64,000 nt of DNA. Origin: Chiloscyllium plagiosum (Eukaryota). The notes under the pieces were generated by a model that saw only the letters and a list, made by a program, of their open reading frames with translations, searched no databases and was not told the DNA's origin. Where the stretch lies: assembly GCF_004010195.1 (NCBI RefSeq), contig NC_057718.1:101637463-101701462 (forward strand), in the 5' to 3' direction. Of the stretch, positions 24,451 through 37,765 are shown piece after piece (position 1 is the first letter of the stretch; every line of letters begins with the position of its first letter). Both the position numbers and the translations under genes were made by a program.

Positions 24451-26334
24451 AACAAATTAAGTTGTCACAATGCTGTGACCTGTCTTACAGCCTGCCTAAT
24501 TCATAATTTTCAGATAACAAACACATCATGAATTTGTCCATGTATAAATTTCATCTCGTTTTAATGTTATGGCTCAAGGTGATTTCTGAAACACTAATCC
24601 TTCTGGATAGGCCCCAGAGTGAGAGATTTCAGGTGGAACTTTGTGCCTTGATAGATTGATACCACATTTAATAGAAAAGAGTTTAACCTTAGGAATCACT
24701 GCCACTGTATAATTGAGTTGATGATGCCCTTGATTCAGACAGGTTTACCATGCAGAAAAACGGCAGTGTTGTATGTGGGTTACTTCAATAGTGGTGGATC
24801 GCTGAATCTGGCTAGAGCAAAGGCTAATGTAGACTCACCTTACATTTTCTGATTTGAGAAACTGAAATCCCACAGGATTTACATCAGGGGAAGGAATGTT
24901 TCTTCACAGTTTATCGAGTCTCTTGCAGCCAAGTGCTGCTGTTTACGATAAATCTCAGGAACACAATTATGAACAGGAAAGGGTAATCCTTACATTCCCC
25001 ATAAATCCCAACCCCTTCTAATATCTTTGACCATTGAGGCTTCTAAAGAATTATTTGCCATAGTATATGCTGATTCAGAGTTAGGTCAGCATTAGTTCAT
25101 TCCAACAGTGGATTGGAGCAGTTCATCTGAAATGGCCCAGTAAGCCATTGTGGCAGCAGACAATAACTGATAGCTTTTAAAAAAAAATAGTTTCTTGTTG
25201 CTTCACAATATATTATTTTTAAAATTTTTTCATAGGATGTGGGTGTCACCAGTGTTTGTTGCCCTTTCCTTACTGCCCTTGAGCTGAGAGTGCACTCATC
25301 CATGTCAGAGGCTAGTTAATAGTCAACCCCATTGCTGTGGGTCTGGTGTCTGGTGTCACATGTAGGCCAGACCAGGTAAGTGCAGCAGATTTCCTTCCCT
25401 GAAAGACATGATTGAACCAAATTGATTTTTGCTATAATTGATAATAGTCAACATTGCTGATGCTAGCTAGCAATTCGGCCTGCCTTGTCTGTGCTAGCTC
25501 TCTGAAGAAGCAATGCACACAGCCATCACCCAGTTGCCCCACCCCCACGTATCTCAGCCCATTCATCCTTTACAGAGAAGGATCCAATTCCCTCTGGAAA
25601 GCCTTAGGTGAACTGGCCTCCAACAGAATCGCAGACAGGGCATTCCACTCCCTAACCGTCCACCTTGTGAAGATGTTTCTCCTTATGTCACCGACTTGCT
25701 GCTTTTGTAAATGAATGTAAATCAGTTCCCTCTGGCTTTTGCTCTCTGTTCCTTTCTCTCTCTTTCTTTCTCTCTCTCTCTAACTGGTCCTAGGTTTATG
25801 TGGAACAAATGGCATTTTTGTTGCCACTGACTTTAAGTTTCTACTAATCAATAAAATGAATTGCAGTTCCTGCCTGAATAAAATCACAGTTGTAAATGTA
25901 TTCAGACTAAATGGCAGCAAGTTAACAAGCCTTGCCCAACCGCTTAACTTTTATCAGTGTTTAGACCTTTAGGTCTGGAAATATAGCTGCAGTGCTATAG
26001 TAGACTTCGTGGTCCTTTCACCATACTTGGAAATGTTGTTTTATTCCTAAAGTTTGTGTAGGTTGTTAATTCTTTGTTAACTTTTCTGAATGTATTCTTA
26101 ATTTTATTGATACGTTACAATCATTAAAATTAATCACACTGAATCTCACTGACTGTGCTGCACAGAAACAGGCCATTCGGCCCCAGGGTCCCTGCTGGTG
26201 TTATGCTCCTCACAGCTTCCTCCTGCCATTTTTCCCCTAAACCCAATGAGAATATCCTCCGATTGAGATTTTCCTCAAATATCGGTTTCTAGCTTATCCT
26301 TAAATTCATCAATGCAACCCACTTGCACTATTCA

Positions 26335-27020
26335 CAAGAACTTAAAACCTAGGAGCAGGAGTAGGCCGCCTGGCCCCTTGATCCTGCTTCGCCATTCAAT
26401 AAGATCATGGCCGATCTTTTTGTGGACTCAGCTCCACTTACCCACCCGCTCACCATAACGCTTAATTCCTTTACTGTTCAAAAATCCATCGATCTTTACC
26501 TTAAAAACATTCAACGAGATCGCCTCAACTGCTTCCCTGGGCTGGGAATTCCACAGATTCACAACCCTCTGGGTGAAGAAGTTCCTCCTCAGCTCAGCCC
26601 TAAATCCGCTCCTCCTTATTTTGAGGCTCTGTCCAATAGTTCTAGTTTCACCCGCCAGTGGAAGCAACCTCTCTGCTTCTATTCCCTTCACAATTTTATA
26701 TGTTTTGATAAGATCCCCCCTCATTCTTCTAAATTCCAATGAGTATAGTCCCAGTCTACCCAATCTCTCCTCATAAGCCAACCCCCTCAACTCCAAAATC
26801 AACCCAGTGAACCTCCTCTGCACCCCCTCCAGAGCCAGGACAGCCTTTCTCAAGTAAGGAGACCAAAACTGCAGACAGTACTCCAGATGTGGCCTCACCA
26901 GCATAACCTCCCTGCTTTTAAACTCTATCCCTCGAGAAATGAAGGACAATATTTCATTTGCCTTCTTACTATCCTGCTACACCTGCAAACCAACTTTTTG
27001 TGATTCATGCACAAGGACAC
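26335..27020 (-). mobile_element. CR1 LINE 3' fragment
   Basis: 173-aa ORF 26428..26949: VRPHLEYCLQFWSPYLRKAVLALEGVQRRFT..RRNFFTQRVVNLWNS. Confidence 0.93.
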
Positions 27021-27314
27021 TACTGCACACTATAGCATTCACTGAGGAAATTCCACTCTCGAAGCATGATCAGGGTTAAGAGCTGCATTGTGAATTGCCT
27101 GTTGGAATTAAGAATGACCACGTTATACAGATGGCCCATAACACTGCTGTGCCCCAGCTGTGGGCAGAGGGTAGAGCTTCTGTTGAAAGCTCACAAGCAA
27201 AATGACTTTGCATGTTGCAAGGCAGGTAATGAGAATGACACAGCGTCTACAGAGATTCTGGATCAGTGGTGCTGGAAGAGCACAGCAGTTCAGGCAGCAT
27301 CCAAGGAGCAGCGA

Positions 27315-27350
27315 AATCGACGTTTCGGGCAAAAGCCCTTCATCAGAAAT
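27315..27350 (-). ncRNA. Hammerhead ribozyme motif (family A) in a Penelope-derived end
   Basis: Reverse complement attt-CTGATGA-a-GGGC tttt GCCC-GAAA-C-GTC-gatt; weak stem I. Confidence 0.65.
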
Positions 27351-27358
27351 AAAGGCAG

Positions 27359-27848
27359 GGGCGACTGGGATAGGGAGTGGGTGAGGGGGCTATGTGTTTG
27401 ACACTGGGATGTCCTGTGGGCGACTGGGATAGGGAGTGGGTGAGGGGGCTATGTGTTTGACACTGGGATGTCCTGTGGGCGACTGGGATAGGGAGTGGGT
27501 GAGGGGGCTATGTGTTTGACACTGGGATGTCCTGTGGGCGACTGGGATAGGGAGTGGGTGAGGGGGCTATGTGTTTGACACTGGGATGTCCTGTGGGCGA
27601 CTGGGATAGGGAGTGGGTGAGGGGGCTATGTGTTTGACACTGGGATGTCCTGTGGGCGACTGGGATAGGGAGTGGGTGAGGGGGCTATGTGTTTGACACT
27701 GGGATGTCCTGTGGGCGACTGGGATAGGGAGTGGGTGAGGGGGCTATGTGTTTGACACTGGGATGTCCTGTGGGCGACTGGGATAGGGAGTGGGTGAGGG
27801 GGCTATGTGTTTGACACTGGGATGTCCTGTGGGCGACTGGGATAGGGA
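27359..27848. repeat. 59-bp G-rich minisatellite, 8 full copies plus a partial copy, apparently identical
   Basis: Unit GGGCGACTGGGATAGGGAGTGGGTGAGGGGGCTATGTGTTTGACACTGGGATGTCCTGT, shifting 1 nt per 60-nt line. Confidence 0.97.
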
Positions 27849-28004
27849 GGTGGTCTAAATGCTGCAGCGTCTGGTTTTCTGATGGTTCTTCAGCACCGTC
27901 CCCACGTGTATGTGCATGGTGAGGTTGGTATTGTTGGGAATGGCCTTCCGTTTGCTTCAGGTATAGAGCTCTGTGTAGAGCAGAACTGAAAGTTACTGTC
28001 CTTG

Positions 28005-31000
28005 AACACAGAACAGTCCAGCACAGAATGGGCCCTTTAGCCCTCGATGTTGCACTGACCCGTGAACTAATCTGATGAGAACAGATCTAAGTCTCTTGGC
28101 CTTTCCTCAAAAGTCCTTCCCACCATACCAGGCAATATCCTGGTAAATCTCCTCTGCACCTTTTCCAATGCTTCCATATCCTTCCCAAAATATGGGGACA
28201 AGAACTGTACACAATATTTCAAGTGTGGCTGCACTAGCGTTTTGTATAGTTGCAGCATGATATTGTGGCTCTAGAACTCAATCCCTCTACCAATGAAACC
28301 TAATACACTGTATGCCTTCTTAACAGTACTATCCACCTGGGTGGCAAATTTCAGGGATCTATGTACATGGACTCCAAGATCCCTCTGCACATCCACACTA
28401 CCAAGAATCTTTCCATTGACCCAGTACTCTGCCTTCCTGTTATTTTTCCCAAAGTGCATCACCTCACATTTAGCCAAATTGAACTCCATTTGCCACCTCT
28501 CAGCCAATTCATGAGTTTATCCAAGTTCCCCAGCATCCTGTAACATTCTTCCACACTGTCCACTACTCAATCGACTTTAGTGTCGTTTGCAAATTTACTA
28601 ATCCATCCACCTATGGCTGCGTCTAAGTCATTTATAAAAATGACAAACAGCAGTGGTCCCAAAACATCTCCTTGTATCTCACCACTAGTAACCGGACTCC
28701 AGGCTGAATATGTTCCATCAACCAGCACTCGTTGCCTTCTTTCAGAAAGCCAGTTTCTAATCCAAACTGCTAAATCACCCTCAATTCCATGCCTCTGCAT
28801 TTTCTCCAACAGCCTACAATGTGGAACCTTATCAAAGGCTTTACTGAAGTCCATGTATACCACGTCAATTGCCCTACCCTCATCTACATGCTTGGTCACC
28901 TTCTCAAAAAAACTCAATGGGGTTTGTGAGACACGACCTGCCCTTGACGAAATCATGTTGACTATCTGAAATCAAATTGTTGTTTGCTAGGTGATTATAA
29001 ATCTTATCTCTTATAATCCTTCCCAAAACCTTTCGTGCAAGAAAGATAAGGCTCCCTGGTCTATAATTACCTGGGTCATCTCTACTGCTCTTCTTGAACA
29101 AGGGCACAACATTTGCAATCCTCCAGTCCTCTGGTACTAAACCTGTAGACAATGACAATTCAAATATCAAAGCCAAAGGCTCTGCTATCTTCTTCCTAGC
29201 TTCCCAGAGAATCCTCGGATAAATCCCATCCGGCCCAGGGAACTTGTCTACTTTCACTCCTTCTAGAATTGATAACACCTGTTCGTAACTAACCTCGATC
29301 CTTTCTAGTCTAATATCTCGTACCTCATTCTTCTCCTCTACAATATTCTCCTTTTCCTGAGTGAAAACCGATGAGAAATGTTCGTTTAGCANNNNNNNNN
29401 NNNNNNNNNNNNNNNNNNNNNNNNNNNNNNNNNNNNNNNNNNNNNNNNNNNNNNNNNNNNNNNNNNNNNNNNNNNNNNNNNNNNNNNNNNNNNNNNNNNN
29501 NNNNNNNNNNNNNNNNNNNNNNNNNNNNNNNNNNNNNNNNNNNNNNNNNNNNNNNNNNNNNNNNNNNNNNNNNNNNNNNNNNNNNNNNNNNNNNNNNNNN
29601 NNNNNNNNNNNNNNNNNNNNNNNNNNNNNNNNNNNNNNNNNNNNNNNNNNNNNNNNNNNNNNNNNNNNNNNNNNNNNNNNNNNNNNNNNNNNNNNNNNNN
29701 NNNNNNNNNNNNNNNNNNNNNNNNNNNNNNNNNNNNNNNNNNNNNNNNNNNNNNNNNNNNNNNNNNNNNNNNNNNNNNNNNNNNNNNNNNNNNNNNNNNN
29801 NNNNNNNNNNNNNNNNNNNNNNNNNNNNNNNNNNNNNNNNNNNNNNNNNNNNNNNNNNNNNNNNNNNNNNNNNNNNNNNNNNNNNNNNNNNNNNNNNNNN
29901 NNNNNNNNNNNNNNNNNNNNNTAATCCTCTCTTCCACCTCCCTGGAACTCTGCGGAGTCCTATAAAAAACTTCAAGCTGTGTGACCTCTCCCCTCCTGTT
30001 TCTAACCTCAACCCACACTACCTCAGTAGACGAGTCCTCATCAAAGGTTCTCTCAGCCACCCTTATACCATCCTTGACTAACAAGGCCACACCTCCCCTT
30101 CTTTTACCGCCTTGCCTGTTCTTAATGAAAGATCTAAACCCTGGAATCTGCAACATCCATTCCTCACCCTGCTCTATCCATGTCTCCGAAATCGTCACAA
30201 CATCCAAGTCCCAGGTACCTATCCATGCTGCAAGCTCATCTACCTTATTTTGGATACTTCTGGCGTTGAAGTAGACACGCCTCAAACGACTTCGCTGTCT
30301 GTCAGCATATTCCTGTGACCCTGAAATCCTGCCCCTGTCCTTCCTATTCTCATCTTCCTGTGCACTGCAACTACACCTCCGGTTCCCATCCCCCTGCTGA
30401 GCTAGTTTGAACCCACCCGAATAGCACCAGCAAATTTCCCACCCAGGATATTAGTACCCCTCTGGTTCAAGTGAAGAACATCCTGTTTGTACAAGTCCCA
30501 CCTTCCCCAGAATGAGCCCCAATTATCCAAGTACTTGTAACCCTCCCTCCTGCAACATCCCTGTTCAGCTGGTATCTCTCCCTATTCCTTGCCTCGCTAT
30601 CATGTGGCATGGGCAACAAACCAGAGATAACAACTCTGTTTGTTCTAGCTCTCAGCTTCCACCCTAGCTCCCTGAAATCCTGCCTTACATCCCTATCCCT
30701 CTTTCTACCTATGTCGTTGGTACCTACATGGACAACGACTTGGGGCTGGTCACCCTCTCCCTTCAGGACCCTAAAGACACGATCCGAGACATCACGGACC
30801 CTGGTACCCGGGAGGAAACACACCAACCGCGAGTCTCGTTCGTTCCCAAGAAACCTTCTGTCTGAGCCTCTAACCATCGAGTCCCCAATGACTAACACTC
30901 TCCTCTTTTCCCTCCTTCCCTTCTGTGCAACAGGGACAGGCTCTGTGCCAGACACCTAGGCCCCACTGCATACCCCTGGTAAATCGTCCCCCTCAACAGT

Positions 31001-31340
31001 CTCCAAAATGGTATGCATGTTTTTCAAGGGAATGACCCCAAGAGATCCCTCCACTGACTGTTTTTTTTCCTCTTCGAACAGTTACCCAGTTTTCTCCGTG
31101 TCTAGGAGTCACGACTTCCCTGTAACTCTTATCTATCGCATCCTCTACCTCCCGAATGATCCGAAGTTCATCCAGCTCCTGCTCCAGTTCCCTAACACGA
31201 TCTTGGAGGAGCGAGAGTTGGGTGCACTTCCTGAAGATGTACTTGGATGGGACATCAATGCTGTCCCCCACCTCAAACATCATGCAGGAGGAACATTGCT
31301 CTCCCTGCACTGCCATCCCTGCTCGTCCCCTTATCACAAA
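28005..31340 (-). mobile_element. Near-full-length, inactivated CR1/HER1-type LINE (ORF1 zinc-finger/coiled-coil + esterase; ORF2 APE + RT)
   Basis: ORF1: CSSCMMFE..RKCTQLSLLQDRVRELEQELDEL, VIGDSMVR, HVGTNDIG. ORF2: VYFNARSI, PGPDGIYPRIL, YMDFSKAFDKV, QGDVLGPLLF, KFANDTK (catalytic D to N). Multiple stops and frameshifts. Confidence 0.95.
29392..29921. other. Assembly gap (530 N) inside CR1 ORF2
   Basis: Run of N. Confidence 1.
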
Positions 31341-31374
31341 GTAAAAATGAAGAGACGCTTACTTATATGTAATC

Positions 31375-32030
31375 TTAGTAAAATTGTATAAGACACTAGT
31401 CAAGTCCAAGCGAGATATTGTGAACAATTTTGGTTCCCTTATTTAAGGACAGATATACCGGTATTGGAATCCACTCGGCTGATCACAGGTATCTTGCAAA
31501 GATGGCTTGAGTAGGCGTTGCCATTGAGTACAGAAGAATGAGGGGTGACCCTATTGAAACATACCACATTCTTAGGGGACTTGACAAGGTAGATTTGGAA
31601 AGCTGTTTGTCCCTGTGGTACAGTGCAGGACCAGAGGGCATAATCTCAGAATAAGAGGTTGCCTGGATGTAGGCTTGCTTGCTGAGCTGAAAGGTTCATT
31701 TCAGCAAACAAACCTACATCAGAAGCTCATCTTGAGCCACAAATCTTCTCAAAACTCGCTAATTGGTCGTCTCTTTAATACAGAGATGAGGAAGATATTT
31801 TTCTCTCAGAGGGTAGTGAATCTGTGGAATTCTTTACTGCAGAGGGGTGTTGGGGCTGGGTCATTAAGGATATTCAACGTTGAGACAGACAGATCAGTAA
31901 GGGAATCAAGTGTTTGGGGAAAAAGCAGGAAAGTGGAGTTGAGAGTTGCCAGATCAGCCATGATCTCATTAAATGGTGCAGCAGACTCAATGGGCTGAAT
32001 GGCCTACTCCTGCTCCTTTGTCTTATGGGT
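31375..32030 (+). mobile_element. Decayed CR1 3' fragment, interrupted at about 31660-31762 by a small Penelope-end remnant
   Basis: TRGHNLRIRG / FNTEMRKIFFSQRVVNLWNSL; the insert resembles the 38460-38530 tail (gagc.acaaatcttctc.aaa). Confidence 0.8.
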
Positions 32031-32564
32031 CTCTGTCCCTCACTTGTTGATTAATCCTTCTCGTTGCCTTCTTTCCAGCCATCCCCCAGCTGTTCCAACT
32101 GAAAGCATCCATTCATTCCTGGAATAGCATTCCATTGGCAATAGACAATTTTCTCTTCCATATTCCCACAATTTAGTGTGAGGTGATTAGTGCTCCCTGG
32201 TGACCTTATGCTGTTTTCTGCTGTTTTAAACTTGCTCTCCATCCACCAAATGCCACTTTGGCTTCCTGCGTTAAGTCTTTCCCTTTGAAATTTTCACAAG
32301 AATCATAATCTCCCATAAAATTAAATTTCAGTCCTTAAAGAGCAAATCTAATTCCATCCCATTTGAAGAAAAAAGCATTACACCTGTTTCCAAACGATTA
32401 TGTCTTGGAACCTTGAGAATTTGTGTTTTTTCAAAATGTGTTTCACATGACAGTATTCTCTTGGGACAGCTGCGGGAATGCTGTCTGTAGCATGGAAATT
32501 GTTTGGTCAGTTTCTGTGCAGTTTCAACAGAGATATGACGTAGTGAAACTCCTTTTGTGTAGTG

Positions 32565-34870
32565 TCATAGAGTTATAGAGATATAGAGCACAGAAACAGA
32601 CCCTTCAGTCCAACCCGTCCATGCCAACCAGATATCCCAACCCAATCTAGTCCCACCTGCCAGCACCCGGCCCATATCTTTCCAAACCCTTCCTATTCAT
32701 ATCCCTATACAGATGCCTCTTAAATGTTGCAATTGTACCAGCCTCCACCACATCCTCTGGCAGCTCATTACATACACGTACCACCCTCTGTGTGAACAAG
32801 TTGCCTCTTAGGTCTTTTTTATATCTTTCCCCTCTCACCCTAAACCTATGCCCTNNNNNNNNNNNNNNNNNNNNNNNNNNNNNNNNNNNNNNNNNNNNNN
32901 NNNNNNNNNNNNNNNNNNNNNNNNNNNNNNNNNNNNNNNNNNNNNNNNNNNNNNNNNNNNNNNNNNNNNNNNNNNNNNNNNNNNNNNNNNNNNNNNNNNN
33001 NNNNNNNNNNNNNNNNNNNNNNNNNNNNNNNNNNNNNNNNNNNNNNNNNNNNNNNNNNNNNNNNNNNNNNNNNNNNNNNNNNNNNNNNNNNNNNNNNNNN
33101 NNNNNNNNNNNNNNNNNNNNNNNNNNNNNNNNNNNNNNNNNNNNNNNNNNNNNNNNNNNNNNNNNNNNNNNNNNNNNNNNNNNNNNNNNNNNNNNNNNNN
33201 NNNNNNNNNNNNNNNNNNNNNNNNNNNNNNNNNNNNNNNNNNNNNNNNNNNNNNNNNNNNNNNNNNNNNNNNNNNNNNNNNNNNNNNNNNNNNNNNNNNN
33301 NNNNNNNNNNNNNNNNNNNNNNNNNNNNNNNNNNNNNNNNNNNNNNNNNNNNNNNNNNNNNNNNNNNNNNNNNNNNNNNNNNNNNNNNNNNNNNNNNNNN
33401 NNNNNNNNNNNNNNNNNNNNNNNNNNNNNNNNNNNNNNNNNNNNNNNNNNNNNNNNNNNNNNNNNNNNNNNNNNNNNNNNNNNNNNNNNNNNNNNNNNNN
33501 NNNNNNNNNNNNNNNNNNNNNNNNNNNNNNNNNNNNNTGTGAGACATGATTTCCCATGCACAAAACCATGTTGACTATCCCTAATCAGTCCTTGCCTTTC
33601 CAAATACATATACGTCCTGTCCCTCAGGATTCCCTCCAACAACTTGCCCATCACCGACGTCAGGCTCATTGGTCTATAGTTCCCTGGCTTGTCTTTACTG
33701 CCCTTCTTAAACAGTGGGACCACATTATCCAACCTTCAGTCTTCCGGCACCTCACCTATGACTATCGTTGATACAAATATCTCAGCAAGAGGCCTAGCAA
33801 TCACTTCCCTAGCTTCCCACAGAGTTCTTGGGTACACCTGAACAGGTCCTGGGGATTTATCCACTTTTATGCGTTTCAAGACATCCAGAACTTCCTCCTC
33901 TGTAATATGGACATTTTTTAAGATGTCACCATCTATTTCCCTACATTCTATATCTTCCACGTCCTTTTCCACAGTAAATACTGATGCAAAATACTCGTTT
34001 AGTATCTGCCCCATCTCCTGCGGCTCCACACAAAGGCCGCCCGAGGGATGGGTATCATCCTTTGAAATCTTATTTTGTTCCCTCAGCAATGCCTGAAGCT
34101 GCAGACCAGGTGTTTGGTGTGCTCTCCTTAGTTACTATTTTGTCCTTCATGTATTTGTAGAAACCCTTTCGATTCTCCTTAATTCTATTTGCCAAAGCTA
34201 TCTCATGTCCCCTTTTTGCCCTCCTGATTTCTCTCTTAACTGTACTCCTACTTCCTTTATACTCTTCTAAGGATTCACTCAATCTGTCTTGTCTATACCT
34301 GACATATGCTTCCTTCTTTTTCCTCACCAAACCCTCAATTTCTCCAGTCATCCAGCGTTCCCTATACCTACCAGCCTTTCCTTTCACCCCTGACAGGAAT
34401 ATACTGTCTCTGGATTCTCGTTATCTCTTTTCTGAAGACTTCCCATTTTCCAGCTGTCCCTTTACCTGCGAACAACTGCCCCCAATCAGCTTGAAAGTTC
34501 TTGCCTAATACCGTCAAAATTTCTCTTCCTCCAATTTGGAACTTCAACTTTTAGATCTGGTCTATCCTTTTCCATCACTATTTTAAAACTAATAGAATTA
34601 TGGTCACTGACCCCAAAGTGCTCCCCCACTGACACCTCAGTCACCTGCCCTGCCTTATTTCCCGAGAACAGGTCATGTTTTGCGCCTTCTGTAGTAGGTA
34701 CATCCTCATTTTGAATCAGAAAATTGTCTTGTACACACTTAACAAATTCCTCTCCATCTAAACCCTTAATACTATGGCAATCCCAGTCTATGTTTGGAAA
34801 GTTAAAATCCCCTACCTTAACCACTTTATTATTCTTACAGATGGCTGAGGTCTCCTTACAAGTTTGTTTC
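32565..34870 (-). mobile_element. 5'-truncated CR1 LINE ORF2 (end of APE, RT, 3' UTR), disrupted
   Basis: GDFNFPNIDW, SDHNSISF, VDKSPGP, NVVPLFKKGSKDKPGNYRPMSLTS, GHRFRVRGERYKKDLRGNLFTQRVV. Confidence 0.95.
32855..33537. other. Assembly gap (683 N) inside CR1 RT
   Basis: Run of N. Confidence 1.
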
Positions 34871-35068
34871 TCAATTTTCCCCCACCTTACCCCAGTTCCA
34901 ACCTTCGAGCTCAGCACAACTCTCATCCTTTCCACCTTTCTGCTCCACCCTCCCCTCTGACCTATCACCTTTATCCCCACTCCCATCCACCTATTGTACT
35001 CTTTGCTACCTTCTCCCAGCCCCACCCCACCCCCATTTATCTCTCCACCCCGGAGGCTCCCTGCCTTC

Positions 35069-35104
35069 AGTCCTGATGAAGGGCTTTTGCCCGAAACGTC
35101 GATT
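35069..35104 (+). ncRNA. Hammerhead ribozyme motif (family A) in a Penelope 3' remnant (about 34880-35175)
   Basis: agtc-CTGATGA-a-GGGC tttt GCCC-GAAA-C-GTC-gatt; all core positions intact. Confidence 0.75.
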
Positions 35105-35174
35105 TTTCTGCTCCTCGGATGCTGCCTGACCTGCTGTGCTTTCCCAGCACCACTCTAACCTAGACTCCAGCATC

Positions 35175-35690
35175 TTTCCACCACTGACGTCAGGCTAACC
35201 AGTCTATAATTCTCTGTTTTCTCTCTCCCTCCCTTCTTGGAAAGTGGGACAACATTTGCCACCCTCCAATCCACAGGAACTGATCCCGAATCAATAGAAC
35301 ATTGGAAAATGATTACCAATGTGTCCACGATTTCTAGAGCCACCTCTTTCAGTACCCTGGGATGCAGACCATCAGTTCCCGGGGACTTATCAGCCTTCAG
35401 ACCTAACAGTCTCTCCAACACCATTAAGGTGGGAGGAGAAAGATTTAAAAGGGACCTGAAGGGCAACTTTTTCACACCAAGGGTAATTTGTGTGTGAAAT
35501 AAGCTGCCAGAGGAACTGGTAGATGCAGGTAGAGTGACAACATTTAAAAGATATTTAGACAGGGATATATGAATAGGAAAGGTTTGGATGTGCCAAAAAA
35601 AGGCAAGTGGGACTGGTTTAGATTGGGAAATGTGGTCAACATGGATGAGTTGGACCAAAGGGCCTGTTTCCATGCTGTGTGACTCTAAGT
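35175..35690. mobile_element. CR1 RT fragment (minus, to about 35425) fused to a CR1 3' end (plus)
   Basis: Minus: LKADKSPGTDGLHPRVLKE..NYRLVSLTSVV; plus: KVGGERFKRDLKGNFFT and tail. Confidence 0.85.
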
Positions 35691-37254
35691 TTGTGAGAAC
35701 TGGGTGGAGCAGGGATTCCATGGCAACACCACCTAATAAGGCATACGTGGTGCCATTCAGATGGAACTCAGCTGCTCAGTTCATAAATTGAACAAGTTCA
35801 TCGATCTCCTGTCATGTAATATTATTGTTGATAGTTTGCCTCTTGAATTGGTATTCTTGTGAGATGTCCTGATGAGGGCAAAATGAAAAGCTTCAACCAA
35901 ATGTGCCTTTTGTAGCAATACTCAATTCTGTATGACCAAACAACTATTTCAATACGGAAAGAAAGACCCTCAGCTGCTGGAAATCTGAAACAAAAACCAA
36001 AAATGCAGCAGATGCAGGTCTGGCAGCATCTGAGGAGAGAGAAACAGAGTGAATGGTTTGAATCCAGTGATCCTTCACCAGAACTGAAAATAGCTGGGGG
36101 CAGGTGATAATTCTACAGATGATGGATTGTGTTGGGGGAGCAGGAGGGTAGCAGAATAGAGTACATGGGGATAGTGCCCAGGGACAGAGACAGAGAAAGA
36201 AAAGGGACAGGCAAACAAAGAAATTGCTGCTGATGATAAACAAGGAGAGAGCTAATGGCTGAGTAGGATGCTAATGAGAAGTGAAAATGTTTGAAGATGG
36301 ATGGCTGGGAAGGGAGTAGTTCATATGGGACTGAACCTATGGGGACAAACGAGAGGAATGGTGTTTAGATCTCATTATTAAGACAAGTGCCTCTTTCTGT
36401 CAAGTTTCATTCATAAATAGCCTTTGAGGAAAGATTTCCTGCCTTCCTTAACTGGTCTGGCCTACTTGTGGCTCTAGATGCACAGCAATGGGGTTGAATC
36501 TTAACCATCCTCTGTTATGGCCTCAGAAACTATTCAGTCAAAGGGCAATTAGGGACGGGCAATGAATGCTGTTCTTGCATGTGCAGTCCACATCCCATGA
36601 ATGAAAATTCAGTGCAAAGACAAGTCACTCAGCCCAACCAGTCTGTGCCCATGTTCATAAACTGCATGACTTTCCGCTTTTTTCGTCCACCTGAGCTTTT
36701 GCATGTGTTTGTAAAGTGTCACAACAAAAATCAAAAATGTTTAGTCACTTGTACAATCCAAATTTTTGAAAAAGCTGCTTCAGAAAGATGACTCTGCCAT
36801 TATTGATTTACAGAGAACCACATTAAGTCTTCAGCGTAGAAACAGGCCATTCAGCCCAACGGATCCATGCAAGCATTTATACTGCACATGCATCCTCTTC
36901 CACCCAACACCATCTCACTCTCTGCTTGTACCTTTTCTCACTCCTGTGTTTATCCAACTTCTCATTGAGTGACTCTATGCTACTGCTAGTCAGCTTTTCC
37001 AAGTGATCACAGGTTCCACGTCTGAGTTATTCTGATGTACTAAGAGCTAACCTGGCCTTTCAGGCACAAAGGCCCAGGTTTGTTCAACTGAATGACTAGG
37101 GAGTTCCTGTCTTTAACAATATTTCACCATATTTCTAAGCAAGTCAAAATGGCAAAATCATTTTCTCAGCATAGTGACCAAAATGCTCTGAAGTAAAGTT
37201 TACTTTCATGAAAATGTCTTCTTCCATTTTACTGTGTTTAGTAGTGAGCAAGGG

Positions 37255-37590
37255 AAGGCGATGGCCTAGAGGTATTACTGCCACACTGCTCCTAGAGTGA
37301 CCCAGTTAATGATCCAGCGTGTCCAGGTCCAAATACCACCAAGGCAGATGATGGAATGTGAATTGAATTTTAAAAATCTGTCAATAAGAGTTTAAAGATG
37401 ACAATGAAACTATTGTTAGGAAAAACCCATCTGGTTCACTAATGTCTTTTAGGGAAGGAAACTGCCATTTTTACCCGGTCTGGCCTACACGTGACTCCAG
37501 ACCCACTGCAACGTGGTTGACTCTCAACTGTCCTCTGGGCAATTAGGGATGGGCAATAAATGCTGGCCTGGCCGCATCCCTGTGAATGAA
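37255..37590 (+). mobile_element. tRNA-derived SINE sharing its 3' end (gggcaattagggatgggcaataaatgctggcc) with an L2/CR1-group LINE
   Basis: Many partial copies in the window, e.g. about 1610-1770, 14780-15080, 25230-25450, 36420-36605, 40270-40640 and 50310-50500. Confidence 0.7.
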
Positions 37591-37684
37591 TACAACATTA
37601 GCGTGAATCAGTTTGGCGTCCATTATCATTATGCCTATTATTTTTCAGACTTTAACAATATTTACTTTTCTTTCCATGTTCTAG

Positions 37685-37765
37685 TTTCCACAGAAGAAAC
37701 CCCTGATGGTCAAGCAGAAAATTCACTGAAAAAGAAAGAAGACGAAAAATGTACTGGTTCACCTT
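37685..37765 (+). CDS. Coding exon, symmetric phase 1, 81 nt: VSTEETPDGQAENSLKKKEDEKCTGSP (alternative in-frame acceptor at 37694)
   Basis: Long polypyrimidine tract + ctag acceptor, T|gtaagg donor, open. Confidence 0.7.

Noticed and set aside
24929..24982. Exon candidate PSAAVYDKSQEHNYEQER
   Set aside because: Plausible reading is phase 0 with a weak donor; does not fit the phase-1 chain
29325..33732. Long ORFs containing X runs
   Set aside because: Artefacts of N gaps within CR1 ORF2
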